The notes below the pieces were generated by a model, which did not search any database, was not told the DNA's origin, and saw only the letters and a list, made by a program, of their open reading frames with translations. A stretch of DNA of 39,888 nucleotides, from positions 1 through 39,888 of IMG/VR virus record IMGVR_UViG_3300045988_053504; one strand, given 5' to 3'. The translations under genes and the position numbers were made by a program. The DNA is from a virus. Shown piece after piece: positions 6,713-13,724 of the stretch (the stretch's first letter is position 1; each line of letters opens with the position of its first letter).

Positions 6713-7040
6713 TTGCGCTCTCCTTAACTATCCGGTATACTGCCGCCTTTCTCCCGGTTTTACTGTCCTTTCTCTTTCCGCATACCTCTACAATGCCCTC
6801 TTGAGTCATCTCCGTAAGACGTGGGGCCGTCTCGTCTCTGGCGGGTGTTAAAACCCGCTTTTCCCTGTATAACACCTCTGCGATCTCCCTGGCGGTTGCT
6901 GGGCCATAGGAAAGTTGTTCCAGGATCATCTCTCTTTTTTTATCCCGCTTTACAAGCCCGTTTGATTCCCGTCGGGTCTGCTTTGTAATCTGACTGCTTC
7001 TATAAGAAGTTTCGCAGTCAGGTAAGTTCCTCTGTTCCAT
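6702..7040 (-). CDS. Winged-helix DNA-binding protein (MarR-like fold)
   Basis: MILEQLSYGPATAREIAEVL ... EGIVEVCGKRKDSKTGRKAAVYRI shows an HTH plus beta-wing. The start may instead be the internal ATG at about 6929. Confidence 0.5.
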   Translation of the reverse strand: MEQRNLPDCETSYRSSQITKQTRRESNGLVKRDKKREMILEQLSYGPATAREIAEVLYREKRVLTPARDETAPRLTEMTQEGIVEVCGKRKDSKTGRKAAVYRIVKESANVE

Positions 7041-7773
7041 GGTTCCCTCCTATCTGCCGTTCAAAGAGCTGTTTTTCTAGCTCATCATAGTCATAGTCAC
7101 GTTCCTCAAAGTTGTGGAACTGGTTATTTTTCGGCTTCTGTGCAATCACGGCTGGTTTTTCGTAGTTCTCGTCCAGGTAATCTATATACCCGCTATTGAA
7201 GAACGTGCTGCCATTTTGTGTCTTTTTCCATGTCTGCTGTTCTAATTCCTCGATGTACCTCGCCATAGCCCGTTGCATTTCCTCCTCACCAATCTCGGCG
7301 ATCTTCTTTTTCTTTGCATCGGATACTTGGCCTTTTCCCCGTTTGTTCGGGTATGCTTTCCACAGGCGTTCAAACAGTGCATTTGCGTCAGCCTTGCACA
7401 ATGTATTTATATCTTTTTCATTAACATTATCTTTATCATTACTCTTTATCGGGTTTTCTGGGTTCTGTTCGGTTTTAGAAAAAACCAATGGGTTTTTTGG
7501 GTTTTCTGTATTTCCCTTAGGTTTCTTCGGTCTGCCTCCCTTTTTCCCGTTCTCCCGGTTGGCAGCAACCCGACTTTCATATTTTTCGCTGTCCCTGTCC
7601 ATCTGCGACCGGATGAAGGAGAAAGCCATCTGAGTTATTCCATCCAGTTCCGGGATCTCTCCCGCTTCGGAGTAGTCGATCAGGGCCATAAGCAGTTGCC
7701 CTCTTTGCTCATCTGTTAACAACTTTAAATGTTCCCGATACTCGTGATAAATCAGGAAACTATTTTTCTGCAA
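7018..7773 (-). CDS. Replisome-organiser / DnaD-like replication protein (DUF6291-like N-terminus, conserved phage C-terminus)
   Basis: N-terminus FLIYHEYREHLKLLTDEQRGQLLMALIDYSEAGEIP ... GKKGGRPKK. C-terminus LFERLWKAYPNKRGKGQVSDAKKK. Family names are by recall. Confidence 0.55.
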   Translation of the reverse strand: MQKNSFLIYHEYREHLKLLTDEQRGQLLMALIDYSEAGEIPELDGITQMAFSFIRSQMDRDSEKYESRVAANRENGKKGGRPKKPKGNTENPKNPLVFSKTEQNPENPIKSNDKDNVNEKDINTLCKADANALFERLWKAYPNKRGKGQVSDAKKKKIAEIGEEEMQRAMARYIEELEQQTWKKTQNGSTFFNSGYIDYLDENYEKPAVIAQKPKNNQFHNFEERDYDYDELEKQLFERQIGGNHGTEELT

Positions 7774-8151
7774 TCACCCCACCTCTTCCTCCTCGATATA
7801 TATTTCAATTCGTGGATTTTTCGGATCAATATAAAACTTGTCGTCAAATCCGCTTATGTATTTCTGTCCATCGTCCGGGAACACCCCGGAAGTCACTAGG
7901 GAATCCAAGATAAATTTCTTAGCAAAGGCTATATTGTCCGGATCCCTCCGGCGGTTCTTTTCGTACCATCGGAAGGAAATATGTACCGGAAAATTTATCT
8001 TCTTCCCCTTTAGATGCCTTGGAATATAGGCCATACAGATCCTCTCATTTTCTGCCTTGGCCTTGGCCCCTTTATACTGGTTCGTCCGGTTTGCCTTTGT
8101 GTAATCGTTCAGGCCGTCTAAACGTCCCTTGATTGTTATTTTGTATGTCAT
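7774..8151 (-). CDS. rusA: RusA-family Holliday junction resolvase
   Basis: 125 aa. LNDYTKANRTNQYKGAKAK ... RRDPDNIAFAKKFILDSLV ... PDDGQKYI matches the RusA layout. Confidence 0.8.
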   Translation of the reverse strand: MTYKITIKGRLDGLNDYTKANRTNQYKGAKAKAENERICMAYIPRHLKGKKINFPVHISFRWYEKNRRRDPDNIAFAKKFILDSLVTSGVFPDDGQKYISGFDDKFYIDPKNPRIEIYIEEEEVG

Positions 8152-8444
8152 AGCCAGGACCTCCTGCCAAACTCTCTCCTAAAGTCCTCTCTGGTTCCAT
8201 AGTGTTTTTCGTAATATATCTGAGCCTGCCTTTTTAAGAAAATATCAAGGTCGTTTAATTGCTTCGACCATGTAGCCATGGCCCCGTTCGGATGCAGGTC
8301 CGGGCGGAGAGGAACAACAAATCCGTATTTCTCAGACAGCTTTCTGTTTGCTCCGCCGAAGATATGGTGGCGTTCCACCGGGGCTGCCCCGGTAAAATAG
8401 CAATGGTCCATATCTTCTGTAAATACACTGCTAAGCTTTTTCAA
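8148..8444 (-). CDS. Conserved phage protein (His-rich, HNH/NinG-like context)
   Basis: Segment ERHHIFGGANRKLSEKYGFVVPLRPDLH ... REDFRREFGR recalls a family common in Firmicutes phage recombination modules. Function unknown. Confidence 0.4.
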   Translation of the reverse strand: MKKLSSVFTEDMDHCYFTGAAPVERHHIFGGANRKLSEKYGFVVPLRPDLHPNGAMATWSKQLNDLDIFLKRQAQIYYEKHYGTREDFRREFGRRSWL

Positions 8445-8991
8445 TGTTGATCCCCCATTCCTGTTTCATGCGTTCAATCTCGTCCGGCGTTTCCGTCTCA
8501 ATGCCAAGTTCCTTACATTCCCGGACGACTCCGTCTATCAGCAGGCTCATTTCCTTTGTATTGTATAGGCTAGAGCCTTTGTAACACTGCATTATGTGGA
8601 CGTTTACAAGATTTCCGCTCTCCGTCATAAGAATCCGCTGCCCCTTATCTCTTACAATACGAAAGACCGCTATTAGATCGCCTATCTCCTTTTTTGTCTG
8701 TGCAGGGAGGTAGACGCAATCACCGTATGTCTCCAGCATCCGCATATAAATTTCTTCTTTTGTAGATGCATTATGGAGTTTTTGCCGGATCTTCTCTAAC
8801 AAAACCCACATGTAAGAGTTGGCGTCCAGACTTCGCTTCTTCCGGTACTCTACAATCTTTATGGATACCTTTTCACGATCTTTCAGCCGGTCATACTCTT
8901 GCCGGATGTCTTCGTTGGTTTCAATTTCAATTTTCTGGCGGCCTGACACATAGTCTATTGCCAGGCCACTTAATTTCCCTGTACACTCCAT
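8431..8991 (-). CDS. Putative HNHc_6 / NinB-like recombination-associated protein
   Basis: KKRSLDANSYMWVLLEKIRQKL resembles the RSL-x-N-x-Y-x-W signature by recall. It sits between the annealase and RusA. Confidence 0.4.
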   Translation of the reverse strand: MECTGKLSGLAIDYVSGRQKIEIETNEDIRQEYDRLKDREKVSIKIVEYRKKRSLDANSYMWVLLEKIRQKLHNASTKEEIYMRMLETYGDCVYLPAQTKKEIGDLIAVFRIVRDKGQRILMTESGNLVNVHIMQCYKGSSLYNTKEMSLLIDGVVRECKELGIETETPDEIERMKQEWGINIEKA

Positions 8992-8994
8992 AGG

Positions 8995-9537
8995 CTATTT
9001 CTCTTTTTCTGGACGAATGTCGTAAACACATACCCTTTTATTTAAACTGTTATTTCTAATAGACATAGCCACAATCTTTTTGTTCTCAACCACAATTTGT
9101 TCAACGGAAAATTTATCCCACGTTGTCTTTTTTTGTTTTCCGCCAATGTTTTTGTCTTCCAAAGCCACGTTCCCGTCCTTTGCGGAAATCCAGATAAAAG
9201 GGGCGGTATAAAGTTCTCGACCAATCCCAAGATTAAAACATGCCCGTTTAAATGCGTCTGATGCCTGCCCTTTTTCCTTCTCTGTATAAGATTCTGTTCC
9301 AACATCCTGTTTTGAAATCCACTGTTCCTTGTCATCGTCATAGATTTCTACCGTACAAAATAGGTTTCCGTTTATGACTTCGTGATGCCGTTTCCATCCA
9401 GTAACCCCAAGTGTTTCATCAAGGATGTTCATATCGCATCGGGCATCCTTATAAAGTAGCAAGGAACACCCTTTTTCGCTTACTGTATTTACTCGACACT
9501 CTATTTCATCTGCTCTTAAATCCCTAAATACCATCAT
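8995..9537 (-). CDS. Rad52/Sak-type single-strand annealing protein
   Basis: The track ORF starts at 9576. ATG 9537 forms an ATGA overlap with the HD gene stop and follows GAGGAGGA. Motifs are RADEIECRV ... LLLYKDARCDMNILDE ... KEKGQASDAFKRACFNLGIGRELY. Confidence 0.7.
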   Translation of the reverse strand: MMVFRDLRADEIECRVNTVSEKGCSLLLYKDARCDMNILDETLGVTGWKRHHEVINGNLFCTVEIYDDDKEQWISKQDVGTESYTEKEKGQASDAFKRACFNLGIGRELYTAPFIWISAKDGNVALEDKNIGGKQKKTTWDKFSVEQIVVENKKIVAMSIRNNSLNKRVCVYDIRPEKEK

Positions 9538-10109
9538 GCGTCCTCCTCTTCCTTTTCCATAACACGGGCCGCCCACATATCCGCACTATGTAAGATTAGA
9601 TACAGCGGTGTTTCTTTCCCTTGAATCTGATACCGGAAGGAGCCGTACAGGCCGTTATGCATTAAGATCGCCCACTCTTCATCCTCGGTAAGCTCTATAT
9701 ACTTCTCAATAAATGTAATGGATCGGATTTCATGATCTACATACAGCAGATCTTTGTTCGATGCATAAGGCTTGCTTGCAGATTGTTTTCCGCTCTTTAA
9801 AATGTTTTCAATATAGTTTGGCTTACCAAATCCCCCGCACTTCCCTACATCGTGGAGCAGGGCTGTGATAATAACAGAGTTGTGATCCACTCCGATCGTA
9901 CTCGGCAAAAGAGCCGCCTCTAATGAATCCGCCGCAATCGCAACATTTAAGCTGTGTTCTGCAAGTCCTCCCGCTTTCGCAAGATGGTACTGTGTACTGC
10001 ATGGAGCCTCCCAGAACCCTATTTCTTCAAGGCCGACAAGCAGGTCCTCCATTCCTTCTCTCTTTGTTTCCATTAATTTATTTGTGATAATATCTCTAAT
10101 ATTTTCCAT
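9534..10109 (-). CDS. HD-domain phosphohydrolase
   Basis: AEHSLNVA ... LLHDVGK ... ILHSADMWA shows H...HD...D spacing. Confidence 0.7.
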   Translation of the reverse strand: MENIRDIITNKLMETKREGMEDLLVGLEEIGFWEAPCSTQYHLAKAGGLAEHSLNVAIAADSLEAALLPSTIGVDHNSVIITALLHDVGKCGGFGKPNYIENILKSGKQSASKPYASNKDLLYVDHEIRSITFIEKYIELTEDEEWAILMHNGLYGSFRYQIQGKETPLYLILHSADMWAARVMEKEEEDA

Positions 10110-10129
10110 GGTTTAATCTCCTTTTCTAT

Positions 10130-10294
10130 TTACATGTCTTCATCTTCATAGTGATGCCATCCCTGTTCCCAGCGATAGAACCAGTCCAGGAAAGCATCTT
10201 CCATTAATGCGTCTCCGGTTTCTACGGCTTCTAAGGCATACTCGAAAGCATCTGCCTCATCTATCCTTTTCCCGTCTTTTTCGTAAAATCCCAT
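10130..10294 (-). CDS. Strongly acidic mini-protein, 54 aa (not in ORF track)
   Basis: GGAGG plus a 9-nt spacer plus ATG at 10294. Translation is MGFYEKDGKRIDEADAFEYALEAVETGDALMEDAFLDWFYRWEQGWHHYEDEDM, with TAA at 10130-10132. Confidence 0.45.
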   Translation of the reverse strand: MGFYEKDGKRIDEADAFEYALEAVETGDALMEDAFLDWFYRWEQGWHHYEDEDM

Positions 10295-10426
10295 TTTCAA
10301 AAACCTCCGTTTGTGCTACAATAGCACTGTAAAAATTTATTTCATTTATTTGTTCCGCCTCTTTTGGAGTTGCCGCTCCGAAGGGGGCTTTTTCTATTTT
10401 CAGTTTCAAATCACTTCCTCCTCACC

Positions 10427-10455
10427 TTGTATTTCTTCCATATATCTCCTATAAT
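10427..10455 (+). promoter_or_regulatory. Sigma-A-type promoter candidate for the opposite-strand gene 10503-10889
   Basis: TTGTAT (10427-10432), a 17-nt spacer, then TATAAT (10450-10455). AAGGAG lies 6 nt before ATG 10503. Confidence 0.55.
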
Positions 10456-10502
10456 TTAAGTACAGGCTGTAGCGAGCTGAGTACATAAGAAAGGAGTAAA
10501 AT

Positions 10503-10889
10503 ATGCAATTAAATATTGATTGTGTCCGTGACATTCTTTTGGCCGTAGAAGCCAAAGACTTTGGTAAAATCTTTACAGTTGATTGCCTGTTAGAAATTCT
10601 TCCTCAGTATCAGGAAGATGAAATAACATATGCATGTCTAAAACTTGGCGAGGCTGGTATGTTAGATATATCAGCCGCCAAATACCTTGGAAGTGAAGTT
10701 CCTGGAATAAAGTCCATTCGAGAACTTACTTACTCCGGTCACCAGTTTTTAGAGAACATAAAATCTGATAATAACTGGTCAAAAACAAAAGAGATTGCAA
10801 AATCCGTTGGTTCATCTTCAATAGATACAGTAAAACAGATTGCCGTCGGCGTTATTTCTTCGGTAATCCAATCTCATCTGCAAATTTAA
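10503..10889 (+). CDS. DUF2513-like winged-helix protein, opposite strand within the early operon
   Basis: N-terminus MQLNIDCVRDILLAVEAKDF ... ITYACLKLGEAGML ... LTYSGHQFLENI fits the DUF2513 pattern by recall. It has its own promoter and RBS. Confidence 0.55.
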   Translation: MQLNIDCVRDILLAVEAKDFGKIFTVDCLLEILPQYQEDEITYACLKLGEAGMLDISAAKYLGSEVPGIKSIRELTYSGHQFLENIKSDNNWSKTKEIAKSVGSSSIDTVKQIAVGVISSVIQSHLQI

Positions 10890-11034
10890 CAGTTTCTACA
10901 TCCATAGTGATCTGTAATTCGGCTGTACGCTCTTCTGCGTTTTGAGAAAGCGTATAGCTGATTACACTTTCCAGCTTATTTTCATTCAAGAAAATGCCAT
11001 CCTTCCTTATTTCTAAACAACTTATCTTTGACAT
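10852..11034 (-). CDS. Hypothetical small protein (60 aa)
   Basis: The track ORF is 10852-11088. The internal ATG 11034 follows AGGAGGATGGA. Its 3' end overlaps the 3' end of the convergent gene 10503-10889 by 38 nt. Confidence 0.5.
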   Translation of the reverse strand: MSKISCLEIRKDGIFLNENKLESVISYTLSQNAEERTAELQITMDVETVKFADEIGLPKK

Positions 11035-11045
11035 TCCATCCTCCT

Positions 11046-11174
11046 TTAAATCTCTTTCTTCCAATACACTCCTGCCGCCCAGCAACACACAGCCAAGCCA
11101 TCGTATCCGCTCAGGGCCAGCAGACAGCCAGCGAAGTTGATTGCTGTTGCCATGTAGTGTTCTGCTTTACTCAT
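11046..11174 (-). CDS. Hydrophobic mini-protein, 42 aa (not in ORF track)
   Basis: MSKAEHYMATAINFAGCLLALSGYDGLAVCCWAAGVYWKKEI. The ATG overlaps the stop region of 11167-11475, and its TAA lies 11 nt before the next start. Confidence 0.4.
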   Translation of the reverse strand: MSKAEHYMATAINFAGCLLALSGYDGLAVCCWAAGVYWKKEI

Positions 11175-11475
11175 CGCATCCCTCCTTTTCCGGTTCATAT
11201 AAGATCCCTGTTACCTCCCATAAGAGTTTCGGGCTAATGTAGTAGCTCATCTTTCCGGTTTTCGCCGATGGCTTTGCATACCCAATGGGCAGCCATCCTT
11301 GTTCGATCCCAGCCCGAATAAATGTAGCGTCCTTTTTCATTACTTTAGCAACGAACGCAACGGGTACATTGCAGGCCGGGAATTTCGGCATGTTTATATA
11401 GGATGTAAGCAACCTTAACGCCTGTTTATTGCTCACTCTTATCACCTTCTTTCTTTTCTGGAATTTCTCCTCCAA
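11167..11475 (-). CDS. Hypothetical early protein (possible DNA-binding)
   Basis: The track ORF has a TTG start at 11475. An alternative GTG lies at about 11445. Basic N-terminus, no firm motif. Confidence 0.5.
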   Translation of the reverse strand: MEEKFQKRKKVIRVSNKQALRLLTSYINMPKFPACNVPVAFVAKVMKKDATFIRAGIEQGWLPIGYAKPSAKTGKMSYYISPKLLWEVTGILYEPEKEGCDE

Positions 11476-11602
11476 GTAACCCCACCATTAAATAGAAAAC
11501 GTTTTTTTGTTCTGATCCACTTAAATATGGGGCCATAATGCGGATGTTTTCTACATCATCTTCTGTAAGTTCTGGGAGTTTCTGTTTGTCTATTTGTTCC
11601 AT
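11426..11602 (-). CDS. First gene of the leftward early operon, 58 aa (not in ORF track)
   Basis: AAGGAGGTG plus a 5-nt spacer plus ATG at 11602. Translation is MEQIDKQKLPELTEDDVENIRIMAPYLSGSEQKNVFYLMVGLLGGEIPEKKEGDKSEQ. It occupies the Cro position, but no HTH is obvious. Confidence 0.45.
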   Translation of the reverse strand: MEQIDKQKLPELTEDDVENIRIMAPYLSGSEQKNVFYLMVGLLGGEIPEKKEGDKSEQ

Positions 11603-11633
11603 TTTTTCACCTCCTTGATTATTTTGTAATCTA

Positions 11634-11662
11634 ATAATATAACATAGTTTTCAAACTGTCAA
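11634..11662 (-). promoter_or_regulatory. Leftward early promoter candidate
   Basis: On the - strand: TTGACA (11662-11657), a 17-nt spacer, then TATTAT (11639-11634). Confidence 0.6.
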
Positions 11663-11672
11663 GTATTTTTGA

Positions 11673-11701
11673 TTGCATTGTTATCAAGAATGTGTTATAT
11701 T
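11673..11701 (+). promoter_or_regulatory. Rightward repressor promoter candidate
   Basis: TTGCAT (11673-11678), a 17-nt spacer, then TATATT (11696-11701). AGGAGGTG lies 5 nt before ATG 11721. Confidence 0.55.
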
Positions 11702-11720
11702 ATTTTTAGGAGGTGAGATA

Positions 11721-12101
11721 ATGGCCCAAGAAATGGGAGTGCGTTTAACAAAAATAAGAGATCATTTTAAAATGAATCAACGAGAATTTGCAAAAAGGAT
11801 GGGAATTAGCCAACCTGCGTTAGCTATGTTTGAAAAAGAAGATAGGGAACTAAAAGATATACATATTATGAGGATCCGTGATGAATTTGGTGTTAATGAA
11901 CTTTGGCTCAGAACTGGAGAAGGTGGAGATGAGAACATGTTTACTAAGGTTTCCAGAGAAGATCGTTTTTCAATTAATTTAGGAAAATTAAGCATTACAG
12001 AGAATGAATATGTAGAAAATGCAGTTAACTATATAGCTGAGACAGATCCAGAAAAGTTAAAGATCGTAGTAGATGCCATGCGGAAGATACTAGGAATGTA
12101 A
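11721..12101 (+). CDS. XRE-family cI-like repressor
   Basis: The track ORF starts at TTG 11673. ATG 11721 has a strong SD. HTH is MNQREFAKRMGISQPALAMFEKEDREL. It is divergent from the early operon. Confidence 0.8.
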   Translation: MAQEMGVRLTKIRDHFKMNQREFAKRMGISQPALAMFEKEDRELKDIHIMRIRDEFGVNELWLRTGEGGDENMFTKVSREDRFSINLGKLSITENEYVENAVNYIAETDPEKLKIVVDAMRKILGM

Positions 12102-12126
12102 AAAGGCCAGCCTTTCGGCTAGCCTT
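12099..12126 (-). terminator. Rho-independent terminator (minus-strand sense) at the convergent junction
   Basis: On the - strand: AAGGCUAGCC-GAAA-GGCUGGCCUU (10 bp including one G-U, GNRA loop) followed by UUUUA. On the + strand the same hairpin has an A-C mismatch and no U-tract. Confidence 0.6.
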
Positions 12127-12229
12127 GGGTGATTACAATGAGCATTAAATAGATTCTCCGCAGTATAGCGGTATTGTCTATTTTGTCAATAAGCTCTGTA
12201 ATTGCTGCTATGTATTCTTCTCTTCCCAT
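12119..12229 (-). CDS. Mini-ORF, 36 aa (MGREEYIAAITELIDKIDNTAILRRIYLMLIVITQG)
   Basis: The track ORF is 12119-12307. The internal ATG 12229 follows AAAGGAG plus a 7-nt spacer and lies downstream of a consensus promoter. The stop is inside the terminator stem. Confidence 0.4.
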   Translation of the reverse strand: MGREEYIAAITELIDKIDNTAILRRIYLMLIVITQG

Positions 12230-12249
12230 ATTAGTTCTCCTTTGTGTAC

Positions 12250-12317
12250 GAACAAATGTTTGTATTATTATATTACAAAATGAGGGCACTTGCAATATAA
12301 CTTCCAAACATTTGTTC
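12250..12317. repeat. 13-bp inverted repeat pair bracketing that promoter
   Basis: GAACAAATGTTTG at 12250-12262 and its reverse complement CAAACATTTGTTC at 12305-12317. Confidence 0.85.
12267..12295 (-). promoter_or_regulatory. Near-consensus promoter for the 36-aa ORF
   Basis: On the - strand: TTGCAA (12295-12290), a 17-nt spacer, then TATAAT (12272-12267). Confidence 0.55.
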
Positions 12318-12483
12318 TATTATAATTTTTGTTACCGAAATTATGCGGCAAAGTAGATACCAACGGGGTTAGATGTATCACCTTCTTTCTTTGCATATAT
12401 TGTATCATCTTTGGCATAATTTGTGTTATATTTTATTATTTTACCATAAGTTACATATTATGTAAATATAAAGAGGCGCATAC

Positions 12484-12512
12484 AAAAAGAGCCAGACACA
12501 AAGGTCCGGCTC
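12484..12512 (-). terminator. Terminator-like hairpin (minus-strand sense) in a non-coding AT-rich spacer
   Basis: On the - strand: GAGCCGGAC-CUUUGU-GUCUGGCUC (one G-U pair) followed by UUUUUGUA. Confidence 0.45.
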
Positions 12513-12698
12513 CGAGCATCTGCTCTCCGCAAACTGTTACCGAAAGCAAAGAACCATAAAGGGTTAAAAGCAAATGCAAACACATTGTATCGCATTTCAT
12601 ATTATTTTTGTTGGTTATTTGCATATTACCAGAATTTACATATATTAATACACTTAAGAGGGATGTAGCTTTTAACTTTTCACAATAAGGAGGATAAA

Positions 12699-13559
12699 AT
12701 GAAAAAGAAACTATTAATTATAGCATCCATGCTTATTTTAGTTATTGCATTTGCTGGATGCTCAAAAAAAGATGTTAAAGAATATAATATTGATGATCTA
12801 TTAGTAAAATACACAAAAGTAAAAAAAGGTATTGAAAAAGAAACTCAATATTGGAGTGATGACGAAAAAAAAGGTGACAAATATGTCAGGCTTGTAAAAA
12901 AATATGCAGAAAAAAACGGTTTTGAATTGAATGAAAAAATTTTAGTTAAGGGCAAAGTAAACTCAGTAATGGCGGGAGGTGTATTCCTTTCAACTAATTC
13001 AAAAGATTCGGATTCTCTTATGTGTACCTTTAAGAGCTTTAAACTTCCGAGTTATACAGCCTTACTCGAACCTGATAAAAATTCCACTGTGGAAGGTATA
13101 CTTTTTGAGACATATAAAGATAAAGACGGAACAAACGGAGTGCACGAGAACCTTTCTAAATGCAAAATAAAATCACCTAATTTAAATGAAACGGAGTTTG
13201 AGGATAATATTGAAGATATAGTGCTAAGTGAAAATTATCAAGATAGAATCATGGGTACTGTTACTTCTGTTGTAAAAATTCCCGCATCTGAAGATGAACG
13301 ACAGGAGGTATCAGACAGTGCTGATTCATCAATTCCAGGAGAATCGGATTTTGCAAGTGCTTATAGGTATGCATCTCATACAATAAGCTTTGATTTAGGA
13401 GATGATAAAAATTTAATATGCTTTGTAGATGAATCGTTTTGTAATCTTCCTGAAATCGGAGACAAAATAAGTTTGATCGGAAATCATTTTACATATGAAG
13501 ACGATGAATGGGTAGAAGCTATATATTCACCAATATATAATTTCAGCAATAAGAAATAG
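12699..13559 (+). CDS. Prophage lipoprotein (superinfection-exclusion candidate)
   Basis: Signal peptide plus lipobox in MKKKLLIIASMLILVIAFAG|CSKKD. AAGGAGG lies 7 nt upstream. The gene is AT-rich and sits between repressor and integrase. Confidence 0.75.
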   Translation: MKKKLLIIASMLILVIAFAGCSKKDVKEYNIDDLLVKYTKVKKGIEKETQYWSDDEKKGDKYVRLVKKYAEKNGFELNEKILVKGKVNSVMAGGVFLSTNSKDSDSLMCTFKSFKLPSYTALLEPDKNSTVEGILFETYKDKDGTNGVHENLSKCKIKSPNLNETEFEDNIEDIVLSENYQDRIMGTVTSVVKIPASEDERQEVSDSADSSIPGESDFASAYRYASHTISFDLGDDKNLICFVDESFCNLPEIGDKISLIGNHFTYEDDEWVEAIYSPIYNFSNKK

Positions 13560-13724
13560 AACAACAAAACCGCCCGGCGGCAACCAGGCGGCAACTACAT
13601 AACTCCGAAGAGATACATATATACTTCAAAGATATTTTATCATCTTCGGGCAGCTGTCACAAGAAGAACATTAGTTCACGGATAGCTGTTATTTTTGTAC
13701 ATTTTTTTAAAGGAGGATGATAGA

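Noticed and set aside
10257-10409. Possible TTG-initiated 50-aa - strand ORF (MKLKIEKAPFGAATPKEAEQ...) with GAGGAGGAA 7 nt upstream.
   Set aside because: It would overlap the next, better supported ORF (10130-10294) by 38 nt and relies on a TTG start. It is plausible but not supported well enough to call.
12329-12559. 76-aa + strand ORF in the repressor-lipoprotein spacer.
   Set aside because: No RBS. The translation is a Cys/Ile/Phe/Tyr-rich low-complexity product typical of AT-rich non-coding DNA, and it runs through a terminator hairpin.
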